Counted from the first letter of the stretch, positions 1 through 9,495 are shown. The stretch is 64,000 nt of DNA from Myxococcota bacterium (GCA_030748735.1 JASMLK010000157.1:9278-73277), one strand, 5' to 3'. Notes: generated by a model not told the origin, from the letters alone. Made by a program: numbers and translations.

Positions 1-97
1 CCAGACCCTCGCGATGCGCTTCTCCGAGGTAGAGAAACGAGGGGTCCGGCGTCATCTCGAAAGGTCGCCGTACGAATCCGTAGTGTTCGCAGTACAT
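1..97 (-). CDS. ExeA/GspA-like AAA ATPase of EPS/PEP-CTERM loci; only the N-terminal 32 codons are present because the gene runs off the left edge
   Basis: Minus-strand ATG at 97..95 opens MYCEHYGFVRRPFEMTPDPSFLYLGEAHREGL. This matches the characteristic N-terminus of ExeA-like secretion ATPases (FG...PF..TPDP.FLY....H.E.L). It is absent from the ORF track because it is truncated. Confidence 0.55.
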   Translation of the reverse strand, partial: MYCEHYGFVRRPFEMTPDPSFLYLGEAHREGL

Positions 98-163
98 GGT
101 GGGTTGTGCGATCCGTGATTCCTTGGAGTCCGCAGGAGGAGCCGTGCGCCAACGCGCGCCGCC

Positions 164-1837
164 CTACCCCAGGTGCTCCTCGATTGGAACGTGGTGCCAG
201 GTGGTACCCGGCGCGCCCGCGCCTTCTTCGTCGTCGTCGCCGATCAGCCCGCTGATCCAGCCCGGGGCGCCATTGACGAACATGTACGTTGCGAGCCCGC
301 CCACCAGGCAAAAGACGGTCATGCCCGTGAGTGCGAGGGCGCGCACGGTATGCATCTGCCTTCGCTTTTCGAGGTCGTCTTCGAACTGAATCGCGGGGAT
401 GACCGCGAGGACGGGAATGCCGACCGACGACTGCAGGTCGCGCTCCTGGTGAAACGACGGGTCGGTGCCCTCGGCGACGATGCCCACGACGACGCCAACC
501 GCGAGCCCGAACATGAGTCCGAGAACCAGGATCAGCACGCGATTGGGAGACGAAATCTCGCGAGGCGGAATCGCCGATTCGAGGATTCGAAAACGCTCGC
601 CGAGCTGGCGGCGTTCGAGGTCGGCCTGAACCGCCGCCTCGAGGCGGAGATTCGAGAAGCTCAACAGGCTCTGCGAAAGCTGTTCGTGCTGGCGACGAAA
701 GGACTGGAGCTGTTCGGCCACCCGGGGCGTCGCGGCGATGTTGGCGCGCAACTCGTCGAGGCTGAGTTCGATCCGTGCGACTTCCTGTTCGAGGGCCTGC
801 ACGTGAAGTTCGGCGCGCTGGCGTTCGGCCGCGGCACTCTGTTCGGCGAAGGTCGTGTATTCCTCTTCTTCTTCCGTCTCCTGCCCGGCCGCGAGCGCCT
901 CCTCGGCCTCGCGGGCCCGGCGGTTGGCCGCGATCTCCCCGTTGAGCGCCACCATGTCGGGGTGACGTTCGGTGAAGCCCTTCGAGACCAGTTCCTTGCG
1001 CTGGATTTCGAGCGCCTGCACGCGGCGGGCCGGGGACAGCGCGTCGGTGACGGCGCCTTCGTCCATCGCCTGAGCCGCGCGAAGTTGATGCTCCCAGAAG
1101 GCCTGGTCACTTCGCGCGACATCGAGCTGACGCTGCGCGTAGCGCAGCTCCGACATGTCGCGTTCGAGGGTGCGCTGGTTGTTGCCGAGGTTCTCGGGCA
1201 GGCTGGCCTCGTTTTTCTCCTTGATCTCCGCGAGCGCCGCATCGACTTCCACGATGCGCTCGGAGAGTCGGGTCTCTTCGTTGGCGATGAACTCGAGACT
1301 CGTCTGTGTCGTGCGGACGCGATTGTCGATGTGTTCCTGGATGAAGTCGTTCGCGATCTTCTGCGCCACATCCGCGGCGGTCTTGGCCGACGGCGAGGAG
1401 AAGAAGATCTCGAACGTATTGATTTCGGGCGTCCGCGTCTGACGCAGCCCGCGCGTCAGTTCCGGAAGGACCGGCCGAACCGAGACCTGCTCGCGCATCT
1501 GGTCGACGATTTCCTGGCGGGTCATCGTCTTGGATTTTTCGCGATACAGCTGCAGCTCTTCGATGATGCGGGATAGACGCGTACGACTCAGGATCTCCGC
1601 CGTCATCAAGTTCAGGCGTTCGTTGAGGTCGACGCGCGCGGCCCCGGCCTCGACCAGTCGTTCGTTGACCGTCTGGGGTTCGACGAGAAGAATGGCGCTT
1701 GCCGTGTACTCGTTGGGCAATGCCATCGCAATCCAATAGACGACGAGGGCGACGGCCCCGGCGATGACGCTCGCCATGTAGCCGCGGCGCTTCAAGCCAC
1801 CCAGCAGATCGATCTGAATTCCACTTTCGTTCGTCAT
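164..1837 (-). CDS. Polysaccharide chain-length determinant (Wzz/GumC/EpsF-type PCP without a kinase domain)
   Basis: 557-aa ORF with an N-terminal TM (VIAGAVALVVYWIAMAL), a Wzz-like segment (YTASAILLVEP), a long coiled-coil periplasmic region and a C-terminal TM (VLILVLGLMFGLAVGVVVGIV). Confidence 0.85.
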   Translation of the reverse strand: MTNESGIQIDLLGGLKRRGYMASVIAGAVALVVYWIAMALPNEYTASAILLVEPQTVNERLVEAGAARVDLNERLNLMTAEILSRTRLSRIIEELQLYREKSKTMTRQEIVDQMREQVSVRPVLPELTRGLRQTRTPEINTFEIFFSSPSAKTAADVAQKIANDFIQEHIDNRVRTTQTSLEFIANEETRLSERIVEVDAALAEIKEKNEASLPENLGNNQRTLERDMSELRYAQRQLDVARSDQAFWEHQLRAAQAMDEGAVTDALSPARRVQALEIQRKELVSKGFTERHPDMVALNGEIAANRRAREAEEALAAGQETEEEEEYTTFAEQSAAAERQRAELHVQALEQEVARIELSLDELRANIAATPRVAEQLQSFRRQHEQLSQSLLSFSNLRLEAAVQADLERRQLGERFRILESAIPPREISSPNRVLILVLGLMFGLAVGVVVGIVAEGTDPSFHQERDLQSSVGIPVLAVIPAIQFEDDLEKRRQMHTVRALALTGMTVFCLVGGLATYMFVNGAPGWISGLIGDDDEEGAGAPGTTWHHVPIEEHLG

Positions 1838-1868
1838 GGAAGGGTCCTGTTCTCTCCCGGCAGGCGCA

Positions 1869-3056
1869 CTAGAAGCGAAGTGCCTGTGCGTTGTAGTCGA
1901 AGCGGATCACCGCACGAACGCGGTCGACCGTCCCGCTGGCGCCCGAGTCCTGCCGCAGGTAGTCGACCGTGAAGCCCCCGAAGACTTCGGGGGTCATGCG
2001 ATACGACAGGTTGGCCGCAGCCAACCATTGATCCACGGAATTCACGAAGCGCTGGTCTTCGAATTTGAGTACCGCTTCGCGTTGGTTCCACTCCGCGGTC
2101 GCGCCAAAGACGAGCCGGGGAGAAAGCTGCCAGTCGACGGTCCCAGTGACCCGGTCGATCAGGTAGGTGGTCGCCGAGAACGCCACGTCGGAACTCGCCC
2201 TCGTGTAGGCAAGCGAAGCCGAGCCGCGATCGTAGTCCGCGTTGACCTCTGCGCTGGCGAAATACTCCAGGTTGGTCTCATCTCCCGACCGGCCATCATT
2301 GGTTCGTGACGAGCGCAACCATGTCGGACCGCCACTCACCGAAACACCATAGGTCGGCGTGAAACGATGGCTTCCAAACAAGAAGAAGCCGTAGGAGTCG
2401 GTCCGCGTCTTGCGTCGACCGCTCCCGGGCGATCCCTCGACCGTCTGCCTGCGGACGCTGGCTCCGATCGCGATGGAATCTCGCATGCTCAAGACGTAGT
2501 TCGACTGCGCGCTCCCGGAAATCGATTCGACGTCCGCAAGGTCTTTGTCTTCGCGCTCGACGATGCGGTATCCGGCGTTCGAACTCAGCGACAAGCGCTG
2601 GGTCAAGCCGTACCGGACATCGCCAGACAACCGGTTGCGCAGCGTCTGCTTGTGCCCGCCACCGTCGAGATCGATCGTCGGGTCGTCGCTGAAATCGCGA
2701 TCGGAATCCCGCTCTGCGGCCAGCGACTCCCGCAGCCCCAACGTGAGACGATCCGTTGGGCGGTAGTCACCCCGGGCATTCAACCGATGACTGAACTCGT
2801 CGACCTGGTCACCCTGGCTATAGATCTTGAAGCTCGGTGCGTAGTTCACACCGGCTTCGTAGAGCGGGGCTCGGGTGTCGAGCTTGAACCGCGGCCCGAT
2901 CTCGAAGACGATCGCATCCTGCTTGTTGCTGGATACGTTGTCGACGTTGTCGTTGTAGCGGGTGTTGGTCCTCACACCGAATTTGAACTCATTGTCCGCG
3001 GCGAATGCCGGAAGGCAAACGGAAAGCAGCGCCATGTACAGCAGGAACTTTCGCAT
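1869..3056 (-). CDS. Outer-membrane beta-barrel protein of the EPS locus (PEP-CTERM-locus-associated barrel type)
   Basis: Signal peptide MRKFLLYMALLSVCLPAFAADN, alternating amphipathic strands rich in Y/R/D/S/G, and a C-terminal ...YNAQALRF ending in Phe as in OM barrels. Confidence 0.7.
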   Translation of the reverse strand: MRKFLLYMALLSVCLPAFAADNEFKFGVRTNTRYNDNVDNVSSNKQDAIVFEIGPRFKLDTRAPLYEAGVNYAPSFKIYSQGDQVDEFSHRLNARGDYRPTDRLTLGLRESLAAERDSDRDFSDDPTIDLDGGGHKQTLRNRLSGDVRYGLTQRLSLSSNAGYRIVEREDKDLADVESISGSAQSNYVLSMRDSIAIGASVRRQTVEGSPGSGRRKTRTDSYGFFLFGSHRFTPTYGVSVSGGPTWLRSSRTNDGRSGDETNLEYFASAEVNADYDRGSASLAYTRASSDVAFSATTYLIDRVTGTVDWQLSPRLVFGATAEWNQREAVLKFEDQRFVNSVDQWLAAANLSYRMTPEVFGGFTVDYLRQDSGASGTVDRVRAVIRFDYNAQALRF

Positions 3057-3134
3057 CCGTCTTCCCTGTTCTTTCCCAGGATCCGAGGACCAGACCTTCT
3101 GGCCCCGGGCTTACCCGTTGACTCGGGATCGCCG

Positions 3135-3755
3135 TCAGTTTTCGACGACGATGGTGTCCCCAGCCTGCAACACGATGTTGGAGTCGGGCGCCTTTCCCGC
3201 GAGATAGGCGCCGTAGTTGAACACGTACTCCACCATGCCCGTCCGCGACTTGCGCAGGATGCGGACACGGTTCTTCTTGGCCCAGACGGTGAAACCACCC
3301 ATCGTGGCGATTGCTTCCAGGACCCTCATTTCCCTGCGCAGGGGCAACGCACCGTTGGCGGCCACGCCTTCGCCCAGCAGGTAGACGGTCCGGCTGTTCA
3401 TCTCACGCACGAGGACGGTGACGTCGGGTGCAGCGATGAATTCGGAAAGCGCCTCGGTCAACACTTCCTTGAGTTCCTGGGGCGTGAGCCCTTCCGCCTG
3501 GACGTCGTCGAGCAGCGGAACCGAGATCTTTCCGTCTGGGCGCACCGGCGCCGCGACGCTGAGTTCCTGGTTCTTCCACACCGTGATCGCGAGCACGTCC
3601 GTCACGCCAATGACGTACGGCTTTCGCTCACCCGCCACCATTTCGGGCGGCGGCGGCGGCGCATTGCTCGCGCAGGCCAGGAGCCCTGCCGAAAACGCCA
3701 GCGCAACGAGCACGAGACAACGCGTGGTAGTGCGTCGGACCGAAACCATCTTCAC
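3135..3755 (-). CDS. Polysaccharide export protein (Wza/EpsE-like, Poly_export + SLBB)
   Basis: Lipoprotein-like signal (LVALAFSAGLLAC), YVIGVTDVLAITVW and PDGKISVPLLDDVQAEGLTPQELKEVL motifs. Its start codon directly abuts the stop of the upstream regulator gene. Confidence 0.85.
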   Translation of the reverse strand: MKMVSVRRTTTRCLVLVALAFSAGLLACASNAPPPPPEMVAGERKPYVIGVTDVLAITVWKNQELSVAAPVRPDGKISVPLLDDVQAEGLTPQELKEVLTEALSEFIAAPDVTVLVREMNSRTVYLLGEGVAANGALPLRREMRVLEAIATMGGFTVWAKKNRVRILRKSRTGMVEYVFNYGAYLAGKAPDSNIVLQAGDTIVVEN

Positions 3756-5183
3756 TTATCGCCCCTCACTCAGGCCGTTCTCTTTCATCTTGTAGAGAAG
3801 CGCCTTGTAACTGATCTGCAGCCGCTCGGCGGCCTCCTTGCGGTTCCAACGGGTCTGCTGGAGCACCTTGTCGATCACGCGCTTTTCAGCGATCTGGGCT
3901 GCGCGCTTCGAAATCGCCTTCAGGTCCACGCCGCCCGAAAAGTCGACACCGAGGGCATCGAGATCCAGGCCGACCTCGCCGACCTCGGGGCTCTCCTCGG
4001 CGGGCTTGCCCCGCATGGCGATTTCCTGCAGCACGGTCTGCTCGTTGCCGAGCACCACCATGCGCTTCACCATGTTTTCGAGTTCGCGGACGTTGCCCGG
4101 CCAGTGGTACTCACTCATGACCTCGAGGGTCTCGTCGGTGAGCTCGCCCATGTTCTTCTTGTATTGCTCGTTGTACTTCGTGACGAAGTGGTCGACGAGC
4201 AGCGGCAGGGCATCGATGCGGTCGCGCAGCGGCGGGAGATTCACCGTCACCACGTTGAGCCTGTAGTAGAGGTCCTCGCGGAAGCTCCCCTCTTTCACCG
4301 CGTCTTCGAGGTTGCGGTTGGTGGCGGCCAGGATGCGCGTGTCGACGCGCACGTCGTTCTCGCCGCCGAGGCGCGAAAACTCGCCGTCCTGGAGAACCTG
4401 CAGGAGCTTGGCCTGCAGACCGGGGTGCATCTCGCTGATCTCATCGAGGAAGATCGTGCCGTGGTTCGCATACTCGAACTTGCCGAGCTTGCGCCGCAGC
4501 GCGCCCGTGAAGGCGCCCTTTTCGAAACCGAAGAGCTCACTTTCGAGCAGCTCGCTGGGCAACGCCGCACAGTTGACCTTGACGAAGGGATAGGTGCGCC
4601 GGCCCGACAGGCTGTAGAGGCCGCGCGCCACGAGTTCCTTGCCCGTGCCCGATTCGCCGCGAATCAAGACCGTGATGTCCGTGTCCGCAACCTGTTCGAT
4701 CATGTTGCGCACTTCGAGCATCTTGGGGTTGTCGCCGAACAGCCCGAGGACGTCTTCCGATTCGTTGCGGACGCGGCCGCGCAGCTGCTCGACCTCTTCC
4801 TTCAGGGCGTGCTTCTCGAGCGCCTTCTGGAAGGCCAGCTCGAGTTCTTCGACTTCGAAGGGTTTGCGCAGGAAATCCGAGGCGCCGAGCTTCATCGCCT
4901 CGACGATCATGCGCGCCTGGCCGTGGCCCGAGAGCATGACGACGGGCACTTCGGGGATGCGTTGCTTCAAGACGCGAAGGGTCTCGAGTCCGTCCATCCC
5001 CGGCAGCACGGCGTCGAGGGTGATGATGTCGGGGCGGGATTGGTCGAGGGTCGCAAGCGCCTCCTCGCCGTCGCCCACGGCGGTAACGTCGTAGCCCAGC
5101 CGCATTGCCAGCGTCTCGAGGTAGTCGCGGATCCCCGGATCGTCGTCGATCACCAGAACTCTGAACCGCTCGGCCATAACCAC
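3756..5183 (-). CDS. Sigma54-dependent response regulator (NtrC family: REC + AAA+ + Fis-type HTH)
   Basis: REC (VLVIDDDPGIRDYL...LDAVLPGMDG), Walker A GESGTGKE, GAFTGA sigma54-contact motif, FREDLYYRLNV, C-terminal HTH. The likely true start is ATG 5177 (MAERF), preceded by GGAAAG 8 nt upstream. Confidence 0.9.
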   Translation of the reverse strand: MVMAERFRVLVIDDDPGIRDYLETLAMRLGYDVTAVGDGEEALATLDQSRPDIITLDAVLPGMDGLETLRVLKQRIPEVPVVMLSGHGQARMIVEAMKLGASDFLRKPFEVEELELAFQKALEKHALKEEVEQLRGRVRNESEDVLGLFGDNPKMLEVRNMIEQVADTDITVLIRGESGTGKELVARGLYSLSGRRTYPFVKVNCAALPSELLESELFGFEKGAFTGALRRKLGKFEYANHGTIFLDEISEMHPGLQAKLLQVLQDGEFSRLGGENDVRVDTRILAATNRNLEDAVKEGSFREDLYYRLNVVTVNLPPLRDRIDALPLLVDHFVTKYNEQYKKNMGELTDETLEVMSEYHWPGNVRELENMVKRMVVLGNEQTVLQEIAMRGKPAEESPEVGEVGLDLDALGVDFSGGVDLKAISKRAAQIAEKRVIDKVLQQTRWNRKEAAERLQISYKALLYKMKENGLSEGR

Positions 5184-5279
5184 TTCTTTCCTTCACTGCC
5201 GCAACACGAGTGCGTCGGGTCGGTTCCCACGCGACGCAACGATTCCGCCGTGTGGGTAGCCCGGGCCGGTTCGCGTTCC

Positions 5280-5295
5280 GCGAGGGACGTGCCAA
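5280..5295 (-). promoter_or_regulatory. Candidate sigma54 (-24/-12) promoter for the regulator-EPS export operon
   Basis: The minus strand reads TTGGCACGTCCCTCGC, i.e. TGGCAC-N5-TCGC. GG and GC have the correct 10-nt spacing, with one mismatch to TTGC. It lies about 100 nt upstream of the CDS start. Confidence 0.45.
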
Positions 5296-5368
5296 CAACA
5301 GCGGTTCGGCGAAAACCGCGTTTTGTTCCGCCTCAATCCCAAAGGTGGGTGAACTCTTTCTCGCAGTG

Positions 5369-5413
5369 TGGAATAGTTTTCCTCAATTGGGAATAGAAAT
5401 CTCTCTTGGGAAC
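5369..5413. promoter_or_regulatory. AT-richer block with phased repeats (TGGAATAG / GGGAATAG 20 bp apart, then TTGGGAAC); candidate enhancer (UAS) for a bEBP
   Basis: GGAATAG occurs at 5370-5376 and 5390-5396. The block lies 75-130 bp upstream (minus-strand sense) of the sigma54-like element, where enhancer-binding-protein sites usually sit. Confidence 0.3.
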
Positions 5414-5657
5414 TTGGCTTCCTTTCATCGACACTACGAGGGCAATGCTGTTCCCATTTCTGCACTCGATCCTCACACGCTGATGACGATCTGAGGCAAG
5501 AACGGGTGCTCTCCCCAACGCTTTGCAATGGATGGAAAACCGTAGACATATCGGTAGCGACTGCGCGAGACTTGCGTGTTTTCCACCGGCTGGGCGCAGC
5601 TTGGATGCCGCCTCCCGTCGTCCCCCGCCGGGACCTCGACGCCTCCGCCAGACGGGC

Positions 5658-6857
5658 TCAGCGCTCCGGTAGAGCGGCGCGGTGGAGCGTCAGGTCGCCA
5701 CAGACCCGCAGGGTCTCGACCCGGGCGGAGACCGCACAGGCCTGACCGCGGGCGATTTCGAACCGCTGCCCGTCTTCGCCCCCCTCGACGGTCCCCCCTC
5801 CCCGCTCGCAGAGCAGGATCTGGAAACCCGAGCGGTTCGAGCTGCGGAATTCGTCCGCGACCTCGAGCCGCGACAATTCGAACACCGCCGCCGGGGACCG
5901 GTAGACCCACTCGCCAGGGCTTCGCTCGACCGGCCGCATGGGCACCGGCGCGCGGGCATGGAAGTCGAGGACGCCGAGCAATTCGCCCACGTCGACATGC
6001 TTCGGCGTGAGCCCGCCGCGCAAGACGTTGTCGGAATTGCCCATGAGTTCGATCCCGGCCCCGCGCAGGTAGCAGTGCAGTTCTCGCGGGGGCAGATAGA
6101 AGGCTTCGCCCGGTTCGAGATGGACCCGGTTCAGCACGAGCGGCGCGATCGCGCCCGCGTCGCCGGGGAACGCCGCGGCGAGTTGCACGACCCAACCCGC
6201 TTCGGGCGCAGCGTGCTGGGCGCGGCAGCGGTCGACGAGTTCGCCGAGCCAGGTCGTGGGATCGCTCTGCCAGAGCGCTGCAAAGAAGTCGCGAAGCCCC
6301 AGCTCACCCTGCTCCTGAAGCGGCCGCGCGATCTCGTCTAGCCGGTCGATCCCCAGCGCGTCGAAGCGGGCGACGATGTCCGCGGGAGCGCGGAACCCCG
6401 CGAGGGCATCGAATGGCGTCAGGGCACACAGCAATTCCGGCTTCGGATGGGGGTCGCGGTAGTTGCGACGCGGGTCGTCTCGGCCGGGCCCCTCGCGCTC
6501 TTCGCGCTCGAACCCTGCGCGCGCCTGCTCGGTACTGGGATGCGCCTGCAACGAAAGCGGCTGTCCCGCCGCGAGTAGCTTGAACAAGAAGGGAAGCTCG
6601 CGGCCGAAGTCTTCGACGCTCGCGCGCCCGAGACGACCGGCTGGATCTTCGGCGATCCACTCGGGCAACGGCGTCCAGCCTCGCTCGAGTCGCACGAGCG
6701 ACGGCGACGCCGCATGCGCCCCCATCCACCATTCGGCCTCGGGGCGAAGCGCACCGTCCCCTTCCGCTGGCTCGAGACCCAGCCAGCGCGAGATGAAACC
6801 GGGGTCGCCCCAGGCGTAATCACGCAGCGTTCCGCGGAGTTCGACGATCTCCGACAT
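5658..6857 (-). CDS. manA: Mannose-6-phosphate isomerase, class I
   Basis: MSEIVELRGTLRDYAWG start, LSLQAHPS metal motif, YRDPHPKPELLCALTPFDALAGFR, and cupin C-terminus. The start was trimmed from the 6875 ORF to ATG 6857. Confidence 0.85.
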   Translation of the reverse strand: MSEIVELRGTLRDYAWGDPGFISRWLGLEPAEGDGALRPEAEWWMGAHAASPSLVRLERGWTPLPEWIAEDPAGRLGRASVEDFGRELPFLFKLLAAGQPLSLQAHPSTEQARAGFEREEREGPGRDDPRRNYRDPHPKPELLCALTPFDALAGFRAPADIVARFDALGIDRLDEIARPLQEQGELGLRDFFAALWQSDPTTWLGELVDRCRAQHAAPEAGWVVQLAAAFPGDAGAIAPLVLNRVHLEPGEAFYLPPRELHCYLRGAGIELMGNSDNVLRGGLTPKHVDVGELLGVLDFHARAPVPMRPVERSPGEWVYRSPAAVFELSRLEVADEFRSSNRSGFQILLCERGGGTVEGGEDGQRFEIARGQACAVSARVETLRVCGDLTLHRAALPER

Positions 6858-6897
6858 CTTCTGACGGCCTCGCAAGCCTCGCGACGGAGCTGGCTGG

Positions 6898-8349
6898 CTA
6901 CTCCGCCTCGAGTCCGCAGTCGCGAATCTTCTGGAGCAGGGTCTTGTAGCTCACGTTCAAGAGCCTGGCCGCCTGCTTGCGGTTCCAGCTCGTGCGCGCG
7001 AGGACCCGCTCGATGGTTTCGCGTTCGGCCTGCTGCGCCATCCGTTTGCCGACCTCGCGCAGGGGAACATCACCGGCGGTCTCTTCGATTTCTTCGAGCA
7101 ACTCCTGCAGGGCCGAGCGCCCGACCGGGCTTCCGGCTTCGCGCCGCTCGATCTCGGCGAGAATGGAGTCTTCACTCTCGAGCACCACGATGCGCTTGAT
7201 CATGTTCTCGAGTTCGCGGATGTTGCCCGGGAAGTCGTAGCGCTGGAAGGCGGCGAGCATGTTGGGAGACAGCGTGCGCAGGGGCCGCCGATAGCGTGCG
7301 CTGTAGCGCGCGAGGAAGGACTCACACAGGCCCTCGATTTCGTCGCGGCGCTCGCGCAGCGGCGGAATCTGTATGTTGACCACGTTGAGTCGAAAGTAGA
7401 GGTCTTCGCGGAAGTCCCCGTCCTGCACCATCTGCACCAGGGGACGGTGGGTCGCGCAGACGACGCGAACATCGACCTGGATTTCCTTGTTGCCGCCCAA
7501 CCGGGTGAATTCACGGTCCTGCAGCACCTGCAACATCTTGGCCTGGAGGCCCGGGCTCATCTCGGCGATCTCGTCGAGGAAGATGGTCCCGTGGTTCGCG
7601 ATCTCGAAGCGTCCCGGCTTGCGCGAATTGGCCCCCGTGAAGGCGCCCTTTTCGTAGCCGAACAATTCGCTTTCGAGCAGGTCTTCCGGAAGCGCTGCAC
7701 AGTTCACCTTGACGAAGTTCTGCTCACAACGGGTGGAATGCTGATGCACCGCGCGCGCGACGATTTCCTTGCCGCAGCCGCTTTCGCCCTGGATCAGGAC
7801 GGTGACGTCGGTGCCCGCGATCTGGTCGAGGACTTCACGCACCTTGCCCATCGCACCGCTCGTCCACACGACGTTCGCCGGGTCGGCCACGTCGTTGACC
7901 TCGGTGTTGACCAGCATGCCGGCTTCGTGGTCCGCGCGATCGAAGATCGCCCCGAGGGCCGCGTCGAGGGCTTCTTCTTCGAAGGGCTTGTTGAGGTAGT
8001 CGACGGCTCCGAGCTGCATGCATTCCACGATCGACGACGCGCGACCGACCACGGAAAGCATGACGACAGACAGATCGAGGTTGAAGCCGCGAATCCGTCG
8101 CAGGGTCTCGATGCCGTCGATGCCGGGCATCATGATGTCGAGCAGCACGGCGTCGGGTGCGGCCCCGCCCTCGAGCAGCGCAAGCGCGCTACGCCCGTCT
8201 TCCGCCGTGTCGACGTCGTAACCCTTCGCCTCGAGCAGATGCGCGAGGTAGGTCCGGATGCCTTCTGCGTCGTCGACCACAAGAATGCGGCGGCGCGCCG
8301 GAGGTTCGACCGGTGTTCGACTCGTGCGTTTGGTTCCGCGGCTCGCCAT
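6898..8349 (-). CDS. Sigma54-dependent response regulator (NtrC family), paralogue of 3756-5183
   Basis: REC (ILVVDDAEGIRTYL...LDIMMPGIDG), GESGCGKE, GAFTGA, FREDLYFRLNV, C-terminal HTH (WNRKQAARLLNVSYKTLLQKI). Confidence 0.9.
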   Translation of the reverse strand: MASRGTKRTSRTPVEPPARRRILVVDDAEGIRTYLAHLLEAKGYDVDTAEDGRSALALLEGGAAPDAVLLDIMMPGIDGIETLRRIRGFNLDLSVVMLSVVGRASSIVECMQLGAVDYLNKPFEEEALDAALGAIFDRADHEAGMLVNTEVNDVADPANVVWTSGAMGKVREVLDQIAGTDVTVLIQGESGCGKEIVARAVHQHSTRCEQNFVKVNCAALPEDLLESELFGYEKGAFTGANSRKPGRFEIANHGTIFLDEIAEMSPGLQAKMLQVLQDREFTRLGGNKEIQVDVRVVCATHRPLVQMVQDGDFREDLYFRLNVVNIQIPPLRERRDEIEGLCESFLARYSARYRRPLRTLSPNMLAAFQRYDFPGNIRELENMIKRIVVLESEDSILAEIERREAGSPVGRSALQELLEEIEETAGDVPLREVGKRMAQQAERETIERVLARTSWNRKQAARLLNVSYKTLLQKIRDCGLEAE

Positions 8350-8355
8350 GGTTCT

Positions 8356-9495
8356 TCAGCTCTCTCCCCGCGCCGCGCGACCGCGAGCGGGGATCCAAAA
8401 ATGAAAGCGGCTCCCGCCGCCCGGCACCGCCTCGACGCCGATGGTGCCGCGATGGGCTTCGAGGATCCGGCGACAGATCGCGAGGCCCAGCCCCACCCCC
8501 TTCGCCGATTTGCTGCGACGGCCTCTCACATAAGGTTCGAAGATCCGCACCCGATCGTCCTGGGCAATGCCGGGCCCCTGGTCGGAGACGGACACTTCGA
8601 TACCGGGGGTCCCCGAACGCTCCAATCCACTCGCGGCGATACGGATTGCGCTCTCCGGCGTGGTGTACTTGATCGCGTTTCCAATCAAATTGGTAAGTAC
8701 CTGTTCGATCCGTGCAGCGTCGAAATGCGCGTCCGCAAGACCGGAGGCGACGTCGATTTCGACGCCGATATCGTTTTCTTCGAAGGCCGGCGCGAAGAAC
8801 TCGATCACCTGGCGGATCAGGCCTTCGATCGGCAGGCGCTCCAGTCGCAGACAGATCGCCCCTCCGTGGTCGTGCGAAGCGTCGAGCAGATCGACGACGA
8901 AGTCGTTCAGCCGCTCGCAACTCGCGCGGGTCGATTCGAGGTAGCGCCGTTGGTCGTCGTTCAGTTCGCCCGCCTGCTCCGACAACAAGAGCTTGCTGTA
9001 CCCGGAGATGACGGTGAGCGGGGTGCGTAGTTCATGACTGAGGGTCGCGATCAACTCGTCACGATCCTGTTTGATTTCCTTGTTTGCACGTTCGAGGCGA
9101 TCGACGTCGTCGAGGTTGGTCTCGGCCTGGCGAGGTCCACCCGGAAGGTCGGTGAGCACACACAGCTCGTGACCGGAGGCGGCTTCGAATAGCGCATCCG
9201 GGAGCGCAAGGCGCTCCACCCGAACGAAGCGCGGCAAGGCGTCCTCTTCGCCGGGACGCCGCCAGGCAAGGATCTCACCGCCGGGGCCCTGGTCGATCGA
9301 CTGGCCCCACTTGCGAAGCGTCGATTCGAGACAGGCTCCCATGAAGGTGGGTGCCCCTTCGCCGGTCAAACGTTCCGCGGCCGCGTCGCTCGCCCACACG
9401 ATCTTCCCGTCGCGACACAGCACCATGGCAGACGAGTTGACGCACGGCTCGGCGTCTCCACGCGTGTCGCGTACCTGGGCTGCCGTGCCGGACAT
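8356..9495 (-). CDS. Soluble PAS-domain sensor histidine kinase
   Basis: H-box SHELRTPLTVISGY, N box NLIGNAIKYT, G boxes DQGPGI / GVGLGL, and no TM segments. The start was set to ATG 9495, preceded by GGAGGA. The 94-codon upstream extension in the ORF track is Arg/Pro-rich and overlaps the ligA promoter side. Confidence 0.85.
   Translation of the reverse strand: MSGTAAQVRDTRGDAEPCVNSSAMVLCRDGKIVWASDAAAERLTGEGAPTFMGACLESTLRKWGQSIDQGPGGEILAWRRPGEEDALPRFVRVERLALPDALFEAASGHELCVLTDLPGGPRQAETNLDDVDRLERANKEIKQDRDELIATLSHELRTPLTVISGYSKLLLSEQAGELNDDQRRYLESTRASCERLNDFVVDLLDASHDHGGAICLRLERLPIEGLIRQVIEFFAPAFEENDIGVEIDVASGLADAHFDAARIEQVLTNLIGNAIKYTTPESAIRIAASGLERSGTPGIEVSVSDQGPGIAQDDRVRIFEPYVRGRRSKSAKGVGLGLAICRRILEAHRGTIGVEAVPGGGSRFHFWIPARGRAARGES

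Noticed and set aside
3756-5183. Calling the EPS-adjacent regulator PrsR (the PEP-CTERM-system response regulator)
   Set aside because: Domain architecture fits any NtrC-family activator. The receiver domain lacks the features I associate with PrsR, and no PrsK-type multi-TM kinase is adjacent. I kept the generic call.
2367-5396. 1009-aa plus-strand ORF, the longest in this part of the track
   Set aside because: It lies antisense to three well-supported minus-strand genes (OM barrel, Wza-like exporter, sigma54 regulator). Its composition is Arg/Ala/Gly/Val/His-rich with no recognisable domain. This is a typical GC-rich shadow ORF.
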